Under the pieces are notes generated by a model. That model was not told the origin of the DNA. It did not search any database and saw nothing but the letters and a program-made list of their open reading frames with translations. DNA of 64,000 bases from NCBI RefSeq assembly GCF_009914755.1, contig NC_060926.1; one strand, given 5' to 3'. The position numbers were made by a program, and so were the translations under genes. This DNA comes from the human T2T-CHM13v2.0 reference genome, Homo sapiens. The first letter of the stretch is position 1, and every line of letters starts with the position of its first letter. Shown here one piece after another: positions 46,079 to 60,687 of this stretch.

Positions 46079-46310
46079 ACTGGTCCTAGTGGTGCATGCC
46101 TGTTGTCCCAGCTATTCAGGAGACTGAGGCAGGAGGCTCGCTTGAGCCCAGAAGTTCTGGGGTATAGTGTGCTCTGCCAGTCGGTCAGGTGTCTGCACTA
46201 AGTTTGGCATCAATTTGGTGATCTCACTGGAACGGGGGACTACCAGGTTGCCCATTGGAAAAGGAGCAAGAACGAATGCTGATCAGTAGTGGTAGTACAC
46301 CTGTGAATAG
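46079..46310 (+). pseudogene. Degenerate 7SL (SRP RNA) pseudogene with internal deletion and 3' truncation
   Basis: Contains GCACTAAGTTTGGCATCAATTTGGTGA, GGGGGACTACCAGGTTGCC and TGCTGATCAGTAGTGG...CCTGTGAATAG; lacks the TAAGGAGGGGTGAACCGGCCCAGG segment. Confidence 0.85.
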
Positions 46311-46351
46311 TTTAAAAAGTGAAAAAAAAAAAAGCCAGGCGCAGTGGCTCA

Positions 46352-46654
<303 letters not shown>

Positions 46655-46797
46655 TTAAAAACTACTAGTAACATTTTGATGTGCATCCTTTCAGATATTT
46701 TTTAGTATATCAGCTTTTAGTCTTGTTTTAATTAAAAGGCAGCTGCCTTTGTTATTTAATCCTACTTTATTGAAATCTAATTTGTCTTTTGCATTAA

Positions 46798-47216
<419 letters not shown>

Positions 47217-47959
47217 TAAAATTGTTTTTACCTGCTGCCTTTCAAACTTAAAATTGCAGTAGTATAAACAACAAAGTACAAGTGTTGAGAATGCAATATT
47301 TCCAAACCTTTTAAAAATGCATATCAGTAGGATGTACTTGAAAGTAGATTGATTATCTAGCTGAACACAGTGGCTCACGCCTGTAATCCCAACACTTAGG
47401 GAGGCAGAGGCAGGAATAAAGCTTGAGCCCAAGAGTTCGAGACCAGTCGGAGAAACATAGCAAGATCCTATTCTCCACAGAAAGGAAAAAAAAAAAAAAC
47501 CCACAAATTGTAAAAGTAGATTATCTAAAGAAACTTTGGCTTTAGTTTATATTTAATTTCCAAGGAATTAAATATTTAGCACATGCATTATCTAATCTAT
47601 CCTTGTATTTGCAATCAGGGAAACAAAATGTACCCATTTTGTAGATTAAGGAATTAAGACATATAAAATGGAATGACTTGCTCTAAACTGGGTAGTGTAT
47701 CCTTTAGGATTAGATTTAGCTGTGACAGAAAATCCAGAATAATAGTTGCTTACAAGGTCAAATTTTATTTCCCATGCAAAAGTCCAGAGGGAAGCAGTTC
47801 AGGGCTGGTAGATCAACCTCATAAAATCATCAGATTCCTGTACTGTTGATCTGCCAATCTCATCACTCTGTAGACTTGGGGTCTCAGGGTAGCTGCACTA
47901 GCACCAGCCGACACATTTGTATTTCAGCCAATAGGAAGAAGCAGATATCTTTCCTTTTA

Positions 47960-49540
<1,581 letters not shown>

Positions 49541-49556
49541 AGTTAATGTGTACCCC

Positions 49557-50280
49557 TGTTACTGGTGGAAGGTATCTGAGTCACGTGGCACCAAAATATG
49601 TCAGCAGGAGTGAATCTATATGGGTCTGCAGCAACCTCAGTTCCTGCCTCCTCAGAAGAAAGAATTCCACTGAGGGGCATAAGGCAGAAGGAGAGACTGA
49701 GGCAAGTTTTAGAGCAGGAATAAAAGTTTATTAAAAAGCTCTACAGCAGAAATGGAAGGAAGGAAAGTACACTTGGAAGAGGGCCAAGCGGGTGACCTGA
49801 AAAAGAAGCGCACAGTTTGACCTTTTGACCTGGGGTCTTATGCATTGGCATACTTCTGGGGTCTTGCATCCCTTCTCCCCTGATTCTTCCCTTGGGAGGC
49901 CTGCCTGCATGGGCAGTGGTCTGCCAGCACTTGGGAGGGGAGTGTGCACACTGTGTATACTGGAGTTGTACCCATGCTCACTGGAGGCGTTCTTCCCTTA
50001 CCAGTCCGGTGTCCTTCGAGGGTCACATGTCAGTTAAACTCCGCAATTTGTGTAAGCCCACTTGCCCAGCTCCTGAGATCTTACCGAGAAGCTGATCACC
50101 AGTTTCAGGTTTTCTCTATCTATTGGGAGACTGCCTTTCCCTGGCCCCGCTGGATCAATGATCATTTTAGAGGGAGCATAACAACCGCCTGACTGTCGCC
50201 TGATGGTTGCCTGACGTACCTGGTTGGAAGCGTGGCCCTCTCCTGCCCTTTTCGAGGCTGACTAGCTACCTGCTGTCACC
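49557..50280 (-). mobile_element. Solo ERV1 LTR (MER50-like) adjacent to the MFSD2B promoter
   Basis: TGTTACTGGTGGAAGGTATC...GGGTCTGCAGCAACCTCA...CCTCAGAAGAAAGAATT...GAGGGGCATAAGGCAGAA as recalled for MER50; CCCC on both sides (possible 4-bp TSD). Confidence 0.7.
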
Positions 50281-50379
50281 CCCCTTCCCTTTTAAGGACT
50301 TTTCTGGAATGTTGGCCTGTGCCACCTGCTTTTATTCGCTGGCCAGAACTTAGTTACTGGCCATCCCCGTGGTCTGTAT

Positions 50380-51500
50380 AGGAGACTCGACAATGTATAT
50401 TTCAGGCGTTGGGCATCATGTGTAGCCGGCGGAATGCCTGTTCAGCCATGGTCCAGCCTGAACGAGCGGGCCTCTTGCTTCATTTTGCAGGGGAGCTGCT
50501 GCTTGCCCGCGGTCACCCCAGCGGTCTGGCGGAGCCCTTAGCGCGCAGGGCCGCCGTCTGCGGGCGCTCACGCCCCCGGGGATCCACCCCAAGGAGAACG
50601 GTCCTGAGGGCCTGCCGGGCCTTTCCCCCCGCGGATTTTGGTTCTTCGCTGTTTCCCTTTGGGGTGCCCTTCGCGGTTTCTGCGTTTCCCCCGCGTTGCC
50701 AGCAGCCACTCGCGCCGCGCCCCTAGCCCAGAACCGCCCCTCCCAAGGGCGATAACCCCGAGGGCAACGGCCGCGGGCGGCGCTGCGGTGGCAATGGCGG
50801 CGCCCCCTGCACCAGCCGCCAAGGGGTCCCCGCAGCCGGAGCCGCACGCCCCAGAGCCCGGCCCGGGGAGCGCCAAGCGAGGGCGAGAGGTGAGCGGGGC
50901 GGCGGGGACCGGGAAGGGGCTGCGTCCTCGGGGAGCTCCAGGGCGTCGCCTCGCAGCCCCTTTTCCAGCTGGGGGCAGCCCGGAGGGGCTCGGCCCAAAC
51001 CTGCCAGCTCAGGGGCTGCCCTCGCGGGGTTACACGGCTGGGAGCGGGGAGGCTGGTAGGTGCCGGCGCCGGAAAGAGACTAGGACGGGAAGCCTAGCCC
51101 TAGCCAAGGAAGTAACTTGGGGATGCGTGGTCATTGCTGTCCTGATTCCCGGCTTAGGGGTCTTGTCCGTGCCACCGCAGGTCCTCCCGGGGTCCCCGAG
51201 CTCTGGGCAGGCAGGGCTTTCTGAAGCGCCTGGGGAGGCTGCGTCCTTCCCGACCTCAGGCAGCTGCTGTGGCCTCGGCCTCCCTCCCAGACCCTGGCCT
51301 CGCCCAGGCACCAGGCTCCCCTTGGAGGCAGCCTCAGGGAAGGTCCTGGCCATGGGCTCCGACAAGAAGGGAGGAGGGCAGGTGGGAGCGGCGGGGTCTT
51401 CGGGGCCCCTTGTCCCTTGCCCGATGCCGCCGGGCCGTGCTGGCCAGTGGGGCTGTGCTGGACGGAGCAAGGGGCCTGGGGCTTCCTGGGCCTCACTGAA
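50380..51500. promoter_or_regulatory. MFSD2B: CpG island / MFSD2B promoter and first exon region
   Basis: Abrupt rise in GC and CpG density; GC box CCGCCC 50734-39 and CGATAA 50750-55 just upstream of the ATG at 50794. Confidence 0.85.
50794..50889 (+). CDS. MFSD2B: MFSD2B coding exon 1 [32 protein letters not shown]
   Basis: ATG in strong Kozak context (GCAATGG); donor GTGAGC at 50890; 96 nt, phase 0. Confidence 0.93.
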
Positions 51501-52146
51501 CGCGCCTGCTCCCTGCTCGTGCCCAGGGCATTCTGTGGCCTCCCCTGACCACCTCAGCCCCCAGCCTGTTCAGGGCTTCCTACGAGGCACCTGGGAGCAC
51601 AGGATTGCATCCCACAAGAAAGTGAGGTGAGATGAAGGGGCTCTCCGGGGACTCTCACTTCCCAGGGAAACTTAGAAATTCAGGGTGAGATTAACAGCAA
51701 GAGGGAAACACTCGCATTGCTGATGAAGTTCCGGCGTGGAATCCTCTTACGACTCTCCGAGGGGTGGCAGCCCCGGTCACTCCAAGGAGACCGAGGTGCC
51801 CTGCCCTGGGTCACGCAGCTAGAGATAGCAGGGCTGCGCCCCTCGCCCGGAGCCGCCCCTCCCAAGGGGCTTCTCCTTGTACAGCTCACTGTACAGCTGT
51901 ACCGGGCTTTTATGACTTTCGGTAAAACTGTCATCCTCAAGACGGCAAGATGGGATCATATCCCTGGCTTCACTTGGAAGTTCTTTCTAAAGTTCTAAAA
52001 ACTTGCTAGGCCTGTTTTGGGGGATACAAGAGTCCCCATTAGGGGGAGAGGGGGACTGTCACGTTGAATTCTGCCTGTTCTTAAAGTTTTCTGGAAGCTG
52101 AAATGATGTTCACACAAATGTCAGAAAAGAATCATCCTGCCCCCAG

Positions 52147-52201
52147 TGTGGTTTTCCCCTGTGGGTAGGAAGAGTGTGCAAAGTGTGATAAACCCTTATC
52201 T
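52147..52201. promoter_or_regulatory. Candidate erythroid/megakaryocyte intronic enhancer core (RUNX + ETS + paired GATA)
   Basis: TGTGGTTT 52147-54, AGGAAG 52167-72, TGATAA 52186-91, TTATCT 52196-201 in non-repeat sequence. Confidence 0.5.
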
Positions 52202-52825
52202 GGGGAGACCTTCCCTTCACAAGAGCCTGCTGGGGTGTCCTGCAAGATGTGGAAATGGGTGAAGCCATGTCATCTCCACTCCCTCCAGCCCCCAGCAAAC
52301 GATGAGAAAAGAGCCCAGCTTCTTCCAAAGAAACAGCACTTTACACAGGGTCTTCATGGCCATTTATTGCTTCAACGGATATATACTAAGCACCTACTGT
52401 ATACCAAGCTTTGTTCTAGGTACTGGAAACACCATGATAAATAAAAGGTGGAGTTCATGCTCTCAGAGAGCTTACATTCCTGTAGGGAGAGGCAGGAACT
52501 AAATGAAAATATAGCAGGCGGTAAGTACAACTGAGAGAGGTGAGAGGTTAGGGAATGCCTCTTGGAGGAGGTGACATTTAAGCTGGTGACATCAAACCAG
52601 AATGACAAGGAGTCACCTTCCAGGCAGAGGAATGGGAAGGGCAAAGGCCCTGAGGCAGCAACAGACTTGATGATTTTGAGGAATAGGAAGGAGCCCGGCG
52701 TGGCTGAAGGAGAGCTATTTGAGGTGAGGTGGGTAGGGGGCCGACTGGGTGGACTCCTTAGCCATGATCAGGACTTGGAGTTTTATTCAAACTGCAATGG
52801 TATTGACTGAATACCATGGATCTGG

Positions 52826-52848
52826 AAACAAACAAACAAACAAACAAA

Positions 52849-52874
<26 letters not shown>
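52826..52874 (+). repeat. (AAAC)n-(CA)n compound microsatellite in MFSD2B intron 1
   Basis: AAAC units followed by about 13 CA units. Confidence 0.9.
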
Positions 52875-52879
<5 letters not shown>

Positions 52880-52973
52880 AACAGACAAAAAAACCCTGCA
52901 ATAGCAAGCCATTGGAGAGTTTTAATCAGAGAGGAGATGGGATCTGATTATTTATTTATTTATTTATGACTGA

Positions 52974-53324
<351 letters not shown>

Positions 53325-53981
53325 TGATAGACAAGAACTGGAAAGAAGAATAGATGACTCCTAAGTTTGTGGCCTGAGCCACTGAGGGGACCAGCGGTGC
53401 CATTTGCTAGGAGCTGGATTAGACAATGGAATGGCCATCAGGAGCTGTATGTAGACCATGCTAAGCTGAGACGCCTGCCAGGCATCCCTGGAGGGCTGTG
53501 GGTAGGCAGGCTATGGGTAAATGAGCTATCGCCTCATTTACTCATCGAAGAAACAACTTTGTGAAGTTGGCAGGGATGTTGCATTTGACAGATGAGGAAA
53601 ACAGGCTTAGAGAGATGATGTGATTTATTCAAGGTCACATAGAGGGGTAGGTGACAAAGGCAGGCTCAAGCCCAGGTCTCCTGACCTGCAGCTTACACGG
53701 CCGTGCTGACTCAGTAAATGATGGCGGCTTCAGCAGGAAGCCCAGGGTAAGATGTCCAGAAGAACTTCCCCCCTGGAAATGTTTAGAGGTCAGGGTTTAG
53801 GATCTTTTTTCTCTTCGTCTCACTTCCTCTTAGGATGACATGGGGGCAAAATGGGGCTGAGAGGTTGCTGGAAAAGCCCTGAAGACATCACAGAGACTCA
53901 GGATGTTTACTGAAGTCATGGGGTGTGGGGACCTGTTTTGTGTCTGTTGGGAGAAGGGCTTAGTTCCTGTGTCTCCTCCAG

Positions 53982-54107
53982 GACAGCAGAGCCGGTCGCC
54001 TCTCATTCTGTACAAAGGTGTGCTATGGCATTGGTGGGGTCCCCAACCAGATAGCCTCCAGCGCCACAGCCTTTTACCTGCAGCTTTTCCTGCTTGATAT
54101 AGCACAG
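53982..54107 (+). CDS. MFSD2B: MFSD2B exon 2 [42 protein letters not shown]
   Basis: CTCCTCCAG acceptor, GTAAGT donor; 126 nt; KxCYxIGGxPxQ is the MFSD2/MelB-family TM1 signature. Confidence 0.96.
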
Positions 54108-54374
54108 GTAAGTGTGGGCAGTAGCCCAGTCTCTGCTGGCATCTTCCTTGGGGTCTGGTCCTTCCACCCCCACCTCTGCTTCTGCTCCCACTATCCTTGT
54201 AGACAGCACTTCTGACACGAGCTCAACAAAAAGCCAGAAGCCAATGAGGGCAAGGTACTCAAGAATGTTTACTGCAGCCTGTTTGTAGTGGGAAAATGAG
54301 AAACAATGTAGATCCCTGACAATATAGAAGCAGTTGGCTAAGTAAGCTGTATCATAGCCACATAATAGACCAAG

Positions 54375-55198
<824 letters not shown>

Positions 55199-55520
55199 AC
55201 TAACATCACTATCAAATAGACTATCATGCAGCCATTCAAAATAATGATCTATACCAGTTGACTTAGAGTGATTTCCATGATGCTCTGGTGAAAAAGAAAA
55301 GTTAGTTTTAGAGAAGAGTATATAAAATGATCCCATTTTAACAAAACAAAGACAGGCTCCATATGTGTGTGTGTGGATGGATATGTATATATACATATGT
55401 ATCTGTCCATGTTTAAAATGTGAGCATGGAGAAAATTCTAGAAGGATATACACCAACTCGTTAATGTTGGCTACCGGAGGGAATGATGGAGAATGGAGGG
55501 TAAGTAAAACCAAATTTTTA

Positions 55521-55871
<351 letters not shown>

Positions 55872-55922
55872 TCACACACCCAGCACTTTGGGAGGTCAAG
55901 GCGGGAGGACCGTCTAAGCTCA

Positions 55923-56150
<228 letters not shown>

Positions 56151-56357
56151 TTAAAAAATAAAATAAAATAATAAAATGAGGTATCCACGAATGTTTAAGA
56201 TGACAGTCTGATATGATCCCATTTATATAAACTGATCAATCTCAAGCACACATGAAGAAGCCTATGAAAGGCTGATCATCCAAACGATTCTGGCAGTTGT
56301 CTTGGGATGCTGCGATTTCAGATGAGCTTTGCTTAGTATTTTCCTGCATAGTTTGAG

Positions 56358-56591
56358 TGTTTTTCTAATGAGTGTATTATTTACATAGTCAGAAAAAACA
56401 ATGCATCCTTTCCATTGTGAAACACAGTGTCCACCTCTGTCAGCCCAGAGGCACCCTCCTTGCTCTGAGCCAGAATGTTTTTCTAATGAGTGTATTATTT
56501 ACATAGTCAGAAAAACCAGTGAATCCTTTCCATTGTGAAACACAGTGTCCACCTCTGTCAGCCCAGAGGCACCCTCCTTGCTCTGAGCCAG
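56358..56591 (+). repeat. Tandem duplication, 118-bp period (56358-56473 / 56476-56591)
   Basis: Two 116-bp copies with 3 mismatches clustered in AAAAAACAATGCATCC vs AAAAACCAGTGAATCC. Confidence 0.95.
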
Positions 56592-56852
56592 CCCCAGATG
56601 AGGGCCCTGGAGTCCTCTCCGCAGTGGCTGACATGAGTACTAATGGGAGTGTGCAGGGCGGCAGCACTCAGCTCCCTCCCCTGGACTCAGCCCCGGGATC
56701 AGCATCCTGGGGAAGGCTGAGGAGCCCTTGACACTGTGGCTCTGCCCTCCGGTCCCGGTTCCCAGGCCTCCCTCTTGATGGCAAGCAGGCCTGGATGGGC
56801 TCTCTGCTGCTGCTGGGCCTCAGCTCTCTATCCCCTCCCCTGTCTGTTTCAG

Positions 56853-56977
56853 ATCCCTGCCGCCCAGGTGTCACTTGTTCTGTTTGGGGGAAAAGTGTCT
56901 GGGGCGGCTGCTGACCCTGTGGCTGGGTTCTTCATCAACAGGAGCCAGAGGACAGGGTCTGGACGGCTCATGCCTTG
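56853..56977 (+). CDS. MFSD2B: MFSD2B exon 3 [41 protein letters not shown](W)
   Basis: TGTTTCAG acceptor, GTGAGC donor; 125 nt; DP..G and GRxxPW motifs of the MelB/MFSD2 family. Confidence 0.96.
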
Positions 56978-57541
56978 GTGAGCAACCGCTCAGTCCTTAG
57001 GATCCAGGCACCTGGTCCTGGCCCTGAGGTCACTGTTTGTCACAGCCCTATTTCCTAGCAGAAACCCACTGGGTGGTTAGGAGACAAGACTGGATAATAT
57101 CGCAGGTGCACTGGGGACTGACTGTGAGTGATAAGGAGTTCAGAGACATTCTTGGGGACTCTCCCTCCCCAGATGGCACGGGGCTGGATGAAGCCTCCAA
57201 GACTCCCAGGCCTGGCCTGGGGCACTGAGTGTGGGAAGGCTGGGCTGAAGGCCATGCGAGGCCTCACGGAGGAAGTACAGCTCAGTGTCCCAATGTCCAC
57301 ACAGGGAAGGGCACCAGCAGCGCTGAGAGTGCAGCTGGAGCTCCCACGAGGAGTGGCCGCCCATTCCCCACTGCCTCCATGACCCATCGGCCACTTCTCC
57401 CCTGCTCCTGGCTCCCACCCAGGGCGCCCCAGCCTAGGGATTCTCAAGGGGCAGAGAAGGGGTGGGGTTCCTCCAGGCTGGGCCCTTTGTGTTCCCCTGT
57501 CTGGGTCGGGGGGCCGCTCCACCTCGGCTGTGCTTCCGCAG

Positions 57542-57665
57542 GGTGCTGGGCTGCACCCCCTTCATCGCCCTGGCCTACTTCTTCCTGTGGTTCCTGCCCC
57601 CCTTCACCAGCCTGCGAGGCCTCTGGTACACGACTTTCTACTGCCTGTTCCAGGCCCTGGCCACG
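57542..57665 (+). CDS. MFSD2B: MFSD2B exon 4 [20 protein letters not shown]...YCLFQALAT
   Basis: CCGCAG acceptor, GTAAGC donor; 124 nt; hydrophobic TM segments; phase fits neighbours. Confidence 0.95.
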
Positions 57666-57982
57666 GTAAGCAGGGCCCCTTCCTGGGCCTGTGCTCTGGC
57701 GAAGCCCATTGCTGGCCATGGCCACTCTGAAGTGTGCTGTGGGGGCAGGGCTGCCGCCCTCCCCACCCGCCTGTGCCTGGACCATGCCATTGGCACTCGC
57801 CAGCCTTGCGCGGGACTGGCTGCCCCCTCCTGCCTTTGGGACCCTAGCTCCGACTTCAGGTGGCCAGCTGGGATATGTCACGTTGGCCTGTGGGTGTCGG
57901 GATGTGACACCCAGGATGGGGGAGGTCGCCCGCTGTCACCAGGCAAAGCTGGGGGCGGTTCTAAGCTCTGCCGACGCCCCAG

Positions 57983-58061
57983 TTCTTCCAGGTGCCCTAC
58001 ACAGCGCTCACCATGCTGCTGACTCCCTGCCCAAGGGAGCGGGACTCGGCCACCGCCTACC
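57983..58061 (+). CDS. MFSD2B: MFSD2B exon 5 [26 protein letters not shown](R)
   Basis: AG 57981-82 (alternative in-frame AG at 57990-91), GTGAGT donor; 79 nt; VPYxAL...ERDSATAYR family motif. Confidence 0.92.
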
Positions 58062-58154
58062 GTGAGTGCAGCCGTGGGTTTCGGGTTCCAGGGAGGCAAC
58101 TGCCCCTGGGACCCCACTCCCTCTCAGTCACCTTAAGTGGCACTCTGTCTCCAG

Positions 58155-58285
58155 GGATGACTGTGGAGATGGCGGGAACACTGATGGGGGCCACTGTCCA
58201 CGGGCTCATCGTGTCCGGCGCCCACAGACCCCACAGGTGCGAGGCCACTGCGACCCCGGGGCCAGTCACTGTCTCCCCGAATGCA
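58155..58285 (+). CDS. MFSD2B: MFSD2B exon 6 [21 protein letters not shown]...TVSPNA
   Basis: TCTCCAG acceptor, GTAAGT donor at 58286; 131 nt, ends in phase 0. Confidence 0.95.
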
Positions 58286-59108
58286 GTAAGTGCACTGGGT
58301 GGCAAGGCCCCCCAACCTGGGGTCCCCTCTGCAGGGTCACCTCCTTCCTCTAGGGCTGGTTCTCCCGTCCACACCACTTTGTTGTCTTTTAGGGGGCTCA
58401 CTGTGCCCCCTCATTCCTTCCCTGCTCCTCCAGTTGAGCAGATGGCCCCCAAATCTAACGTCCTCTGCTAAACCTGCCTCCTTCTGGGTTCCTTCTAGAC
58501 ATAAAATAGAATAGACACTGGGCCAGCCACCTGGAGCAGAGGAGGCCAGCCCCAGAGGAGGGGCGAGGGTGGGGAAAGCCGCAGGACAGGCTAGGGGAGG
58601 GGGCAGCAGAGGGGTCTGCTGTCCTCGCAGAGCCCTGGGTAAAGCCCTTCCTATGACCCATGCCCCCTCCCCCAGCCCTGACCAGGTGAGCCCCCAACCC
58701 GCAGCATGAAATGGTGAAATGAGAGGGGGAAGCCCCCTTCCTTCCCTTTCACGGCGGGTCCCTTCAGCACTGGGCGGACACACCTCTATTTTATCCACCA
58801 CATTTACCTTCTCTTTTTCCATGTCCCCCTTTCCTTAAGTAAATGACATTACCATCCTCCAGCACTGTCCTCTTCTTCTCCTCCCCTCTCTCAACTCTCC
58901 AACCTATGACCGAATCCTGCCCATTTTTTAGGCCAAAAGTCTTCTGGGATGCATCCAGCCACCCTGCACCCCACTGCCATGCCCCGGCCCGTGCCACTAC
59001 CTCCCTCTCCACCCCACAACTGCTGCCTCCGCCTCTTACACGGCATCCCATCCTTGCCTTCTGCCACCTCCCTGTGCGGTCAGGTGCCCTTTGAAAGGAG
59101 TTTGAGCA

Positions 59109-59428
59109 ATGTTCATCCTCATTGCCTCCTGTTCTGCCCACGATCCCCTCCCCCAAGATACTCTTTGTGGGGAAGAGGGGCTGGGGCAATGCAGGCTGGG
59201 TGACCGACTACCCCAGTCCCAGGGAAGGTGGGGCCCTGCCTCTAGGATGCTGCAGCAGAGTGAGCAAGGGGGCCCGAATCGACCATAATGGGTGTAGGGG
59301 CCACCTCCTCCCCCTGTTCTGTTGGGGAGGGGTAGCCATGATTTATCCCAGCCTGGGGCTCCCCCTCTGGTTTCCTATTTGCAGTTACTTGAATTAAAAA
59401 AAATCCTTTTCTGGAAAAAAAAAAAAAA
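59109..59428 (+). pseudogene. 5'-truncated processed retrocopy, probably the HMGA1 3'-UTR terminus
   Basis: Perfect 15-bp TSD AAAGGAGTTTGAGCA (59094-59108 and 59429-59443); poly(A) tail from 59415; ATTAAA at 59393-98. Body (...CTCTGGTTTCCTATTTGCAGTTACTTGAA...TCCTTTTCTGG) matches my recollection of the HMGA1 mRNA end. The retrocopy structure is seen directly; the parent is from memory. Confidence 0.82.
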
Positions 59429-59568
59429 AAAGGAGTTTGAGCATGGGTGGCCCTCGCCTTCAGGACTGGGCATGGGCTGCCCTCCGCAGCCTTCATGTAG
59501 GCCTCTCCTCTGTGTGCTCTGAAACCTGCTGTGTTGGCCTTTTGTGCTTTTTTTTTTTTTTTTTTTGA

Positions 59569-59906
<338 letters not shown>

Positions 59907-60137
59907 TAGTGTGGTCCCTGGACCAGCAGCATCAGCAACACCTGGAACCTTGTTAGAAAGGTAGATCCTCAGGCCCTACCTCAGTCCTCTGATTCACTAA
60001 TTCTAGGGACCGGGCCCAGCAATCTCTATGTTAACAAGCCCTCCCGGGGATTCTGCCCCCACCAATGTCTCAGCATCAATAGTATGAGAAGAATACCAGT
60101 AATATCTGTGGCCCACCACCCATTCAAGAAAATGTTA

Positions 60138-60401
<264 letters not shown>

Positions 60402-60687
60402 TCACCTTGCCTATGTACTCTGCAAAATGAAAATGAAGGGCCTTGGAAAGTCAATCTCCCCTTTCCCAATGCACCTACTGCCCCAGCCAGGGGATTGCAG
60501 CCTCCAGCACTGGCACCCTCTAGGTGTCCACTAAGCACCTGGATTGGGATAGGTGAGAGGCCCCCACCCTCCGAATCCACACGCTGCTGCTGGCCAAGGG
60601 CCAGAAGGCTGTATCCTAGACTGACTCTCCCTGCACTCACATCTGCGCCCCCATTCAGGCCTCCCATGCCTCTCTCCAATGCCAATG

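Noticed and set aside
50638-51630. 330-aa ORF spanning the MFSD2B start
   Set aside because: Begins at a non-ATG codon, contains exon 1, then reads into GC-rich intron 1 past a canonical GTGAGC donor; low-complexity P/G/A/R content expected from CpG-island stop depletion.
57055-59400. Overlapping 100-190 aa ORFs on both strands in the GC-rich MFSD2B body
   Set aside because: Alternative frames or antisense of real exons and GC-rich introns; no independent start/splice structure.
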